Assembly: GCF_006345805.1 (NCBI RefSeq)
Contig: NC_043006.1
Span: forward strand, 28,830,001-28,894,000
Direction: 5' to 3'
Origin: Octopus sinensis
Lineage: Eukaryota
DNA length: 64,000 bases
The notes below the pieces were generated by a model. It made no database searches. It was not told where the DNA came from and saw nothing but the letters and a program-made list of their open reading frames with translations. Below, piece after piece: positions 12,459 through 22,475 of this stretch (its first letter is position 1; each line of letters starts with the position of its first letter). The translations under genes and the position numbers were made by a program.

Positions 12459-14057
12459 TCATCTCTTGGTGTAGCTACAGGCCGTGCGCAGCCATCCAGC
12501 GATCGGGTAGTGACCGACCAACTTCCCACACACCGAGAACAGCTCTCTCCTGCTGACGCTGGAACTCAGCTCTGGGATTTCATTTCCTCTCCGGAACACC
12601 AATTCACCTGATCTATCTCTTCGCAGCTTCAGCCCCAGCGCGGCTCCCCCTTCAATCGACTCCGGTGGCTTAGCAATCAGTCCGAACTTCTCCAGATGTC
12701 TAACTACCTCGTCGGCTGGCACTACAGTTTCGTCCACCAAAATGTCGTCAATGTAGGAGCTGGTGGCCTTTCTAATCTTGCCGTCTTTCCCTAGGACGGA
12801 CCTAAGCACTGCCACCATGATCTTCGGAGCGGAATTCAGCCCGAAACCCAGCCTGGTTAGACAGTACGTCCGGCCCTTGTACCGCACCAGCTGATATCGC
12901 CATAGTTTGTCGCTCACATGGAGCTGCAAGTATGCCGATCTCAAGTCGACAATCGTCGCTGCCTCAGTCGACTGTCTCCACTTACGTAATGCCTCACCAC
13001 AAACGTCTGTCGCCTCACCTCCCGTGTGACACGATATGTGCTGGTTTAGCTCCCTGAAGTCCAGCATCGGTCTGACTTTTCCCTTCGTAGGCTGCACCAC
13101 CGCCATCAGGGGTAGCACTCCGCCCGCTACCTCCTCCTTCCATGGGACAAGGACCCCTTCCTCGATCCACCTCTCCACCTCGTCTTCAAACTCAACCCTG
13201 GCGTGGCCTTTCAGGGTATGCTGGTAACAGCTCACCCTGTTCTCCAGTGTCGGGGGCTCGTCCTTCCATTTCCACTCTATCGTCCACCGCTGACCATCGT
13301 TTGAGGGGAAAGTTCGAGAGGCAGCAACTTCCCCGCGGTCGTTTCCCTGGCCGCAATCACGGGCAATGTGCCCTGTCTGCCTGCATCGATAGCAAACGGG
13401 CCCTGGCTGCGTACAGTCCCGCGCCATATGCGATCCCTGGCATCTAAAACACCGTCCTGAGAACGGCCGCTCTCGTTGCACGGTGAGCTTCTGTACCTCT
13501 TTCTCGGGACGTCGTCCGTCTTTACGCGCCTCCGTCACCGCCATCGCTATCGCCTTCCGCCCAGAGTGTCTCGTCAACGCGCAAGCATGAGTTACAAGTT
13601 CGCTCAATGGCATCTTTTTGACCCCGGGCAGTCGTTGTAGGTGAATCCCTACATCGTCGGGGAACCCATTCACGAACGCCAGTCGGGCTGCTCTCTCCAG
13701 TCCTTCTCCGGCAAACCCGGCCAGAGTCGCTAGCCTTCTAGCTTCCGATGCAAAATCATCCACCTGGCCTCCCGCCCACCTGATTGCACCTAGCTTAGCG
13801 AAAGCTGTGTACTCGCATTCCGTGTATGCGTCACACAAGCGCCGCTCTATATTCTCATCGCAGAGCCGTTCCTCTTCATCCATCTCTAGGTAAAGCGACA
13901 ACGCACTCCCTTCCAAATACAGTGCCATAAGACTCGCCACGTCGCTTATGCCCTGCAGTATCGCCACCAGCCTGATTTTCCGAATCCAGGCCACTACATC
14001 GCCTTCGCCGTTAAAAGGTCTGACGACGTCACTGGCGATCCTAATTTTTGCAGACAT
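12459..14057 (-). CDS. Inner element Gag fused in-frame to reverse transcriptase (532 aa, protease absent)
   Basis: Gag with two knuckles (CFRCQGSHMARDC, CYRCRQTGHIARDC), then RT motifs LDFRELN, VDLRSAYLQ, LGFGLNSAPKIM and YIDD. Confidence 0.88.
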   Translation of the reverse strand: MSAKIRIASDVVRPFNGEGDVVAWIRKIRLVAILQGISDVASLMALYLEGSALSLYLEMDEEERLCDENIERRLCDAYTECEYTAFAKLGAIRWAGGQVDDFASEARRLATLAGFAGEGLERAARLAFVNGFPDDVGIHLQRLPGVKKMPLSELVTHACALTRHSGRKAIAMAVTEARKDGRRPEKEVQKLTVQRERPFSGRCFRCQGSHMARDCTQPGPVCYRCRQTGHIARDCGQGNDRGEVAASRTFPSNDGQRWTIEWKWKDEPPTLENRVSCYQHTLKGHARVEFEDEVERWIEEGVLVPWKEEVAGGVLPLMAVVQPTKGKVRPMLDFRELNQHISCHTGGEATDVCGEALRKWRQSTEAATIVDLRSAYLQLHVSDKLWRYQLVRYKGRTYCLTRLGFGLNSAPKIMVAVLRSVLGKDGKIRKATSSYIDDILVDETVVPADEVVRHLEKFGLIAKPPESIEGGAALGLKLRRDRSGELVFRRGNEIPELSSSVSRRELFSVCGKLVGHYPIAGWLRTACSYTKR

Positions 14058-14103
14058 CGTGTTGAAAAAAAAATGAGAATGTTTACGAACTGCCGAAATA
14101 GCC

Positions 14104-14287
14104 TGTAGTGAGTGTGCGATTTGAATATAGAGGCACCTACCTTCTCTTCGTGGTGACGGAGATCCTCCAGAGATGACTGGTCCTTCCTCACCCTACCCGA
14201 ACACTAACGATAGCAGCTGCTAGCCCCAAACCCTTAGCGTCGTCCACTCACGTCTTGTCGCCAGCACGACCCACGTTGGAAAAGGTC
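14104..14287 (-). repeat. 5'-truncated 5' LTR of the inner element
   Basis: Matches 10638-10800 with 2 substitutions and a 21-bp indel. Lacks the equivalent of 10801-10930. Confidence 0.85.
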
Positions 14288-14294
14288 TTCTCAT

Positions 14295-14530
14295 AGCTCC
14301 ATAAACAGGATATTATCGAGTTCTGCAATGTGCAAAGTTTTCACCGTAGACCTAAACGGTAGAAAAGAAACTGTTTCAGTTGGTAGACTCGAGAAGGCAT
14401 ATATTGACGCTCATACATCTGAGCCACACCCACCCACCACATTCTCACTACCTTCGCAGACACCTCCTACACCACCACCACCACATGTTTCACTACCACC
14501 ATCGCCAACACCACCACCTTCCAAATCTTA
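14295..14530 (+). pseudogene. Outer gypsy integrase C-terminal remnant (GPY/F region and Pro-rich tail)
   Basis: P*TGYYRVL followed by FTVDLNGRKETVSVGRLEKAY. Confidence 0.75.
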
Positions 14531-14922
14531 CACTCTGTACATTGGCTTCGAAACTATCCAAAACATTGTATATTTAAATCAGTCAATTGACATACAAATG
14601 AACTGTATTTATTCCTGTATCATTTGACTGTTTGCCTTGCTATAGGCAAATTGTTTCTTTCAACAGACCTTTTCTGATGAACTCTTCTTTGCATTGTTTA
14701 GTTTTCTGGCACATTGCACTACGTGTTTATAATCCATTCTTGTGATAGTCACACATAGTTTCTTTCTCTATGCATCAAGTTACGTTTCCTTTAATGGCTA
14801 CTGGCGTAGACACCCATTTCACCTTTGGATCAGCCTTTCCGTCACGCAGTTTACCAACCATTTCCTTTTTTTTTCTGTTAATTCTCTATTGTTTTTGTTT
14901 TTTTATCTAGCCAGGGAGTTAC

Positions 14923-15455
14923 TGTAACAATGATGGAAAAAAATCGTAACTTTAAGATGGGTGATTTCCCTTGATTGGGATCAGGGAGCAAATTCCGATT
15001 ATCACCCTTAAACTATAATTTGCTCCCAGCAATTTTGGAACAATTGATTTAGTCCACTTGAGGGCGCTTCTAATTATATAACTATTGTTTTGTTTCCACT
15101 TCAGCAATAAACGGTTACCTTTTACGCCTGCGACTATCATCTTTCATGATACACTATGTTTGATCCATAACAATTGCACTGTATTTTGTGTGTGCGCACA
15201 TTCAATGCACTATGTTACTCTGTTTAAAGATGTTTTCTGCATTTTAACAACACCAGCATTTTGTATGTAAACATCTCGACATAAAATAAAATTATTTATG
15301 AAACGAAATAAGCGTCTGAAATTCTTTGCTTCGGTATATAAGGCAGTAGTGTTACTTTGACACGTGGATGGCCGATGGTGCCATTTTCTTCCAGCTTTGC
15401 ACCACATCTCGATGTCTATAAACGATTAACTAGTATCATTGGTTAACTTCCAACA
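14923..15455 (+). repeat. 3' LTR of the outer gypsy element
   Basis: TGTAACAATG...TCCAACA, preceded by the PPT AGCCAGGGAGTTAC and followed by the TSD GTTG. Confidence 0.9.
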
Positions 15456-15689
15456 GTTGACTTCAATAATTTATAGATATCATTGTATATGCCATCTATT
15501 GAAAATTATGGATCAAAACGATTTTGGAGCACAATAGCACTTGCACTGTCAAAACAACAGCTTTTTGTGCTAATAACATTTCTGTGTTCCACAGAATGGT
15601 TTAATGATAGTTATGAAAATTTAATTCAAAATGATGATATAATATTTTAAATTTTACAATATTTTTTTACAAAACATCATCCACATGCA

Positions 15690-16590
15690 ACCTAGAGATA
15701 TCACAGGAAATATGTACTTATACCATAGATCTCAAAGACAGTAGGGCCATACAAACATTATCTTCTTTAACAGCACAAACTCGAGATCACTACATATATC
15801 ACGGAAACATTATCATACTCCACCCCTTAACATGAACACCACATAACTAGAACCCTGCAACCCAATAATTCCCGAGGTTGCTACAGATACTAAACCTTAC
15901 CAACACAGGATTTTTCTTAGCAAACATATATCCTCAATTCTTCAAAAAAGAAATCACAAATACTGATTTTGTTCTTCAGAGACAGAAAATATTCATTTCT
16001 TAACCACTATCTACAATATTGGTTGAGAACAAAAATGATGTACAGCTCCAATTTCTAGGGCAGTGGAGCTGCTGCTATATACATACAGACATCCTAGACC
16101 ACATCCAAAGAAAGGACACTTGATTGATTACATGAAGACTTTTGTTGACACACTTTGGGTCTACAGATGTGCTGTGTCCTCTTAATGGTTTGACGTACAG
16201 CTGCTCCAGTGGCTTCTGTTCCTCAAATCTGAATGACCTCTCTTGCCACCTATGTTGTGCAGGACTATCACAAAAATCATATTTTACAGCATGCAAGTTG
16301 AATTTTTCAGACCAAAATTTACAGTCAAAAGCGGTATGTCAACTTATAAACGGAAACTTTTGGAAGACCTAAATTTCCATGTGAAATGCAGAAGAATTTG
16401 GGAAGATAGTATTGATGTTTGAATATTTACAGTACTCCTTATGCTACATCAATGTATGCCAGAAAATATGGTATTTCTTCCTACAACTTCCAGTTGTCTT
16501 TTCGAATTATTTTGAGCTCTTAGTTGAACTTCGACTTGCAACTTTCCCAGAACATTTTGCATTCCTCATCAACAAATTAATAAATAAATA
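15690..16590 (+). mobile_element. Highly degenerate CR1/L2-group LINE 3' fragment
   Basis: Eroded RT C-terminal motifs (LRTKMMYSS and DILDHIQRK, compare RPxMEY and LDxIQRKA), ending in (ATAA)n. Confidence 0.5.
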
Positions 16591-17515
16591 AATAGAAAGA
16601 AACAAATCACAATATAAATGAAAATTAAGAAAATAACTAAGACGTGTTTGTTGAATTTTTTTTTTTTTTATGATTTAATTTCATTTTAAATTGAACAATA
16701 GGTAGATTGAGATCAGTAAAGAACATTTAACAAAAAAGTTCTATAAAGATTTGCAATAATAAAATGTAAATTGTTTAGTAAAAGTGAGAACCACAGTGGA
16801 ACCATAGTTAAACCATTAAATGCATAATACAAGAGAATTGAACCATGAAGGAGGGTGGGTGCAGTAGTAGTAGCCATAGAAGACGGTGGGGAGATATCTG
16901 ATTATGGTGGGGTGGGGATGGGTGACTGAATAATCTAATTAAATAAATTAAATGTGGGCTGAATTTCTCTACTAACAACAGAGTGAATGGTTGTTGTTGT
17001 TGTTGTTGTTGTTGTAATTTAACCCCAGGTCGACTAGTGATCAAAAAATATTTCAGTTATGACCATCTCAGTTTCTTAGGGCTATATAAAGCTACATTAG
17101 TTGATGTGTCCTTCCCTTCCCAAAGATAGTTAGGGTATGATCTGAGGGAGATCTGACTGTTAATTCTAGCAGGCCAAACACCCACATAGCATAGCAGTTC
17201 CCTCATTAGCTCAAAATGAGTAAATGGGTGATGCATGGAAGACAGCTTCTGCCTCTCAACAACAACAAACAAACATTTGGTCAATATCTGTTGCAGAATT
17301 GTTGTTGTATATCTGGATATCTTAATTCCACAAACAAAGGTGGGAGATCATGGATCAAAAGTGGAGAGGAACAAAAATAGGGTGTGTTTTAGGGGGTTAC
17401 TGTGGTGGGAGCATGACAAATGAATAATTTAGATAATACAGCTTACAATTTTATAAAAGAAAAAAAAAACAATACATATAAATTATTTCTTTAAAAACAT
17501 AACAACCGTGTAAAA

Positions 17516-17621
17516 GAACCAGGATAAAAACAAAACTGGTTTAAACTGACTAGAACCAGAACAAAAGGGTAACTGGTTCAAACTAACCGGAACCAGAATA
17601 AAAGGTAAACTGGTTCAAACC
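17516..17621. repeat. 37-bp tandem repeat, about 3 units
   Basis: Units start at 17516, 17553 and 17590. Consensus GAACCAGAAYAAAAGGGTAACTGGTTCAAACTRACYR. Confidence 0.85.
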
Positions 17622-17884
17622 AACAAAAGTTTTGAGGATCTTCTTCACTAAAAAGAATTTTGAAGAATACATATTGGTACTACGTATGAGAAAGGAATGA
17701 ATTTTCAGTAGGAGATAAAATGCTCTCCCAACTTTTGATTTTGGCTCAGCATCAATATCATTATCTTCCTTCATCATCATCATCATAATCGTCATTGTCA
17801 TTGTCGTCGTCATTATCAATATTATCATTTCGTCAATCCATTCTTGCATTATTCACTATAATATTATATATGTGTATGTATATG

Positions 17885-17918
<34 letters not shown>

Positions 17919-19106
17919 ATGGATGGATGAATGGAGGAATGGATGGATGGATGTACACTTAGGCGTATGGATGTATACATCTATGTGTGTATGTATTCAT
18001 GTATGCATGCATGTGTATATATATGTGTACGTATATGGATTTATATGAATATAAATGTGCATGCATGTGTGTACATATGCAGACATGATTGCATATATGT
18101 ATGTATGTATATAGGTATACATGTATGTGCATATGTATGTTTATGTAGATGTGTGTGTGTAAATGTGCATGTATTTATGTGGTTTCTGTGTTTCTGTTTC
18201 TACTTTTCATCCCATATTCTTCAAACTCCAAGACACTGATAATGATGCTGAAATCCCTTTTATTTCATCTTATTAATCAGTTTTCTCTCATTACTTTCAT
18301 TAAGGTACCATTTCACACAGGCAGACAATCACCTGGTAAGGTGACAGATAATTGTTTGCCACGTTACACTTCTCAAAAATAGTTTTTGATAAAAATCGAA
18401 AGATTTGAAGGTGCGATATTGAAAGAACAGTCTCTTATAAGTATTAAACATATATTTAAATATTTAATACAATAGTGATAATAATAATTATTGTTATCAT
18501 TCAATAGTCCAATTTTAGTATGTTCTTTCACTGCATGACTGAGTGTAGCTCTGTGGGCTTTGGGTATGTGCAGTGCTTTTTATTTTTCTATATTGAATAC
18601 AAAGTACAACATGTAGAATATATGCAGTACATAAGTAGTACTGTTTTCTGTACCTTGAGCATATATATAAATTGTGGCATTATATTTATTACATATATCA
18701 TATACTCATCTGCATCTCTTTTTCATCAATCCCCAAGGAACCTGTGATCATTGTCGTCGTCTTTACCATTATTATCATCATCATCAACATTGTTATTATT
18801 ATTATTATTGCAGTAGTCTCATTTTTATTACATATATTCACTGCACTATTAAGCACAGCTCTGTGTGCTTTGTTCATTTTGGTTTTCTCGTCTCTGCTGT
18901 ATACACAGTACCCCAAGTAATATAAATACAGTGATTAGTACTTTGATTTCTCTATGTTATATATATATATACACACATATAAATCTGAAAATATTCTTGA
19001 CAGTCTGATATAATAGATTTTGATAATAACCTGTTCTTATTTGTTTTGCTGTTGTGATGAGACAGTTTCCTCATTTAGTCATTTGCATATTATCAGAACA
19101 ATATTA

Positions 19107-19181
<75 letters not shown>

Positions 19182-19399
19182 AGATACCATTTTATACGGC
19201 TAAAACTTTTTAACTGTGGAATCAGCAGTGCTTAGTTTTCTGCAAGGCCACATGAAGCAGACAGAATAATGTGTCTTCCTAAAAAGGTAACACAATATTC
19301 ATAGGGTTTAAATTCTTGTGTATGTTGTCAGTAATCCAACATGTGAACCTCACAACCATTGTGCCAGAATAGTGTGAGGACATATAGTGGTATTAACAC

Positions 19400-19940
19400 A
19401 TATGCACCAAGTGCAATATGCACTACATGCACAGAATGTGAACTACATGCACAGAATGTGTATTACATGCACAGAATGTGCCTTACATACACACACTGTG
19501 CACTACATTTATGATGTTTGCATAAAGCGCATTGTATTCACACTACGAAATATCTGCACTGTTTTCAATATGTTTAATATTTTCCTATGTGCACTACATG
19601 CAATATATGCACAATGTACAATATGCCAACTATACGCAATATACATATAATGTGTATTATGTGCAGTATTTGCACTATTTTGACAATACTGTGTACAGTA
19701 TGAACACAATGTACAAATTGTACATGTGCACAATATACGATATGTGTGCAATATGTTATATGTATGCAATATGTATGCAAGAGTAAACAAGATGTCATTC
19801 ATACCAAATGCACAATATGTGTGAACTATGTGCAGTGTGTACACATTGTGCAATGCATATATAATGTGCACAATGTGAAATTTGTGCATAATGTGAAATG
19901 CACCCACAATGTGTGATATGTGTACAATGTGCTATATGCA
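19400..19940. repeat. TGCA/TACA-rich degenerate minisatellite
   Basis: About 3 copies of the 20-mer ACTACATGCACAGAATGTG(A/T), decaying into 9-10 bp TGCAC/ATGTG units. Confidence 0.75.
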
Positions 19941-20469
19941 GTCAGTCATGCTGCTTTAGTTTAAATCACAGGTACTGTTTGGTTAATCTTTAATCACTTA
20001 TAAATCTCTGTCTTTATTCACTCTTTATTCCTGTCAGGAAACCTTTCTTTTAAGTTGAACCATTTTTGAAAGCCTCAGTTTTATTTTACATCTGACCATG
20101 GATCACGAAACTGGTCTATTTGCATGATGTAACCATAGGATTTTGGGAAAAAATACCATGATTGAAAATGGTCAAAGTAAACAACTACAGGAACATTCTT
20201 CTGAGAAGTTTTTGTTCTTTTTCCCTGTTTTTTTTCTTTTGTCTTAGGTTAAAACTTCCAACAAAGAGAATACATATGAAAGAACAAAAACAAAAACAAC
20301 CCGAATTTTTCTTTCTTGGTTTTCTCAAACAAAAATGTCAACAAACCAAAAAGAATGAATATTCCTTCTAATTAAGATGTTTTGATAAAAAGAAAACTAT
20401 CTTTATAGAAAGAATATAAATTAAATAATAAACTGATATGTGTAGTCATACCATATCAATTTATAATTT

Positions 20470-20698
20470 AAAGGTTTCAAATTTTGGCACAAAGCCAGCA
20501 ATTTTGAGTGGAGAGGATTAGTTGAAACAATTGACCCCAGTACTTCACTGGTACTTTTTTTTTTATTGACCCCCAAAAGAATGACAGGCAAAATTGACTG
20601 TGGCAGGATTTGAACTCAGAATGTAAAGAGCTCTGAAAAATGCCTGTCAAAAAATATTTTGTCCACTTTTCTAACAATTCTGCCAGCTTGCTGCCTTA
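20470..20698 (-). mobile_element. SINE family C copy
   Basis: TTTGGCACAAAGCCAGC ... ATTTGAACTCAGAA ... TTCTGCCAGCTTGCTGCCTT, the same architecture as the copies at 30.5-36.8 kb and 54-56.8 kb. Confidence 0.75.
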
Positions 20699-21213
20699 AT
20701 ATTAATTTATAATTTAATAAAAGGTAACATATTTTCCAACCCAACCAAAAGAAAATTTCTCAAAAATAAAAAAAAAGTTTTAATACAACATATCAGTTTA
20801 TAATAAATCAGAGAAATAGATTGACATGTTTAAAAAACACAGTTAAAGTATGTTAGTTTTATGTTGATCCATTTATCAAATATTCTTGTTAAACTGAGGA
20901 AATTAAAAAAAGGGAGAGAGAAAAACAATATAATTTATTTCCAATAGTCTTTGATAAACCAAAGACAGAAAGTAAGTCAAAATGTAAAAAATTAACTTTG
21001 GCCAGTTTCCCCTGAAAGTATTTCAAGAGTGCAGCAAATAGAGGAATTTCTTCATAGAAATAGTGAGTGGTTAGATTAAAGAGGAAAAGAGTCATGTTGA
21101 AATAAGGTTAATATAAGAAAATGGCTGTGAACGTGAATATCAATGCTCTTTAGAGTTGAAAGTGAAAGAAGAATAAGATAAAATAGTTTGACCTCAAGTG
21201 AATCTAAATATAT

Positions 21214-21543
21214 TTAATAAATTACACTCGCATCAAAAAACTGGACAAACTTGTTCCCAACAACTGCCGTGTTATGTATGGTGTTAGCAGGAATGTCAAT
21301 CATGTCTCCAGGTTGAAGAACAGCCTTCTGTCCATACATGAACACTTCATATTGCCCGGTAAGGATAGCATCCTTCTTGGAGTGACCATAGGTGTGGTCA
21401 CAAAACACAGTGCCCGGCGGATATTCATAGGTCAAACAGTTGCAACCTTTCTTCTTCAACTTTTTCCTCAAGTTCACTTCATTCAGTTCTCCATCTGCAT
21501 TGGGGTCCCATTTTTCAACGTTGATCTTCCCTTTAGCAGACAT
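21214..21543 (-). CDS. Cupin-domain (RmlC-like, Cupin_2) protein, 109 aa, single coding exon
   Basis: MSAKGKINVEKWDP... Motif 1 YEYPPGTVFCDHTYGHSKKDAILTG; motif 2 LQPGDMIDIPANTIHNTAVVG. The ATG directly follows the acceptor CTCTTTACAG, so the longer ORF-track start is probably intronic. TAA at 21214-21216. Confidence 0.85.
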   Translation of the reverse strand: MSAKGKINVEKWDPNADGELNEVNLRKKLKKKGCNCLTYEYPPGTVFCDHTYGHSKKDAILTGQYEVFMYGQKAVLQPGDMIDIPANTIHNTAVVGNKFVQFFDASVIY

Positions 21544-21699
21544 CTGTAAAGAGTAAACATTTCCTTTGTGACTGTTCCTGACCAACAGAAATACTCTGAG
21601 AAAGATGGAGAATGGCATCTAAAGTTATACATAAGATTAAATCAATTAAAATCTCTTAATTACTATAATTATTTTTATACTATATATATATATATATAT

Positions 21700-21905
21700 A
21701 TTCTTTTATTTGCTTCAGTCATTTCATTGCGGCGATGCTGGAGCACCACTTTTAGTTGAGCAAATCGACCCCAGGACTTATTCTTTGTAAGCCTAGTACT
21801 CATTTTATCAGTCTCTTTTACTGAACCACTAAGTTACAGGTACATAAACACACCAGCATTGGTTGTCAAGTGATGTTGGGAGGACAAACACAGACACGCA
21901 ATCAT
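21700..21905 (-). mobile_element. SINE family A, 3' half
   Basis: GCTGGAGCACC...CAAATCGACCCCAGGACTTATTCTTTGTAAGCC matches 52902-53292. Confidence 0.75.
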
Positions 21906-22067
21906 ATACATTTTCTTTTTCTCTTTTCAATTTAAAGTTAATTTTGATGGTCTTGTAAATTTTTATTGCTCCACATATCATGATCATATGTAGGGCATGA
22001 AATGCATTCTCTCTCCCAGAACCCAAGATTTTGTTGTATGTATGTATGTATGTATAGAGGCACAAGG

Positions 22068-22262
22068 TTTAGTGATTGATTAAGGTGTTGAACTCACTAC
22101 TGTAAGATTGTGGTTTCAATTCTTGGACTGGGGGACCTTTGGTGTTCTTGAGCAAAACGCTTCATTTCACATTACTCAATTTCAATCAGCTGTCAAAAGT
22201 GAGTAATCCTGCAACGGGCCAGTGTCCCATCAAGGGTAAAATATATGCTCCATAGAAACCTA
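22068..22262 (+). mobile_element. tRNA-derived SINE (CORE/V-like)
   Basis: tRNA-like head, then GTGTTCTTGAGCAAAACGCTTCATTTCAC and CCTGCAACGGGCCAGTGTCCCATCAAGGG. Confidence 0.55.
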
Positions 22263-22318
22263 TGATTCTATATGACTCAGGATCTTTATCACCTTTTTAT
22301 GTGTGTATGATAGTATAC

Positions 22319-22350
<32 letters not shown>

Positions 22351-22374
22351 TGTATGTATGTATGTATGTATGTA

Positions 22375-22405
<31 letters not shown>

Positions 22406-22475
22406 ATGTATGTATGTATGTATGCATGCATGTATGTATGTATGTGTGTGTATATGTATGTAAGCATGTATGTAT

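Larger units (their letters stand above)
10638..14287 (-). mobile_element. Nested antisense LTR retrotransposon of uncertain clade (gag-RT-RH-IN, no protease)
   Basis: Direct repeats at 10638-10800 and 14104-14287, a PPT, and four sequential ORF pieces on the - strand. Visibly much more GC-rich than the host DNA. Confidence 0.92.
6742..15455 (+). mobile_element. Ty3/gypsy LTR retrotransposon, CsRn1/Kabuki-like, degenerate, with nested insertion
   Basis: Two LTRs, 4-bp TSD GTTG (6738-6741, 15456-15459), tRNA-Trp-like PBS, PPT, and gag-PR-RT-RH-IN domain order. Confidence 0.93.

Noticed and set aside
11072-12474. + strand ORFs of 105-169 aa
   Set aside because: They are antisense shadows of the GC-rich inner retrotransposon pol.
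16311-16422. Apparent terminal exon PKFTVKSGMSTYKRKLLEDLNF... after a TTTTTCAG acceptor
   Set aside because: It lies within a decayed CR1/L2 3' region and has no upstream exons.
17516-17621. CRISPR-like appearance of the palindromic repeats
   Set aside because: The units are contiguous tandem repeats without unique spacers, there are no cas genes, and the context is eukaryotic.
21544-21618. N-terminal extension MPFSIFLRVF... of the cupin ORF
   Set aside because: It ends in a pyrimidine tract plus CAG immediately before ATG, so it is most likely intronic.
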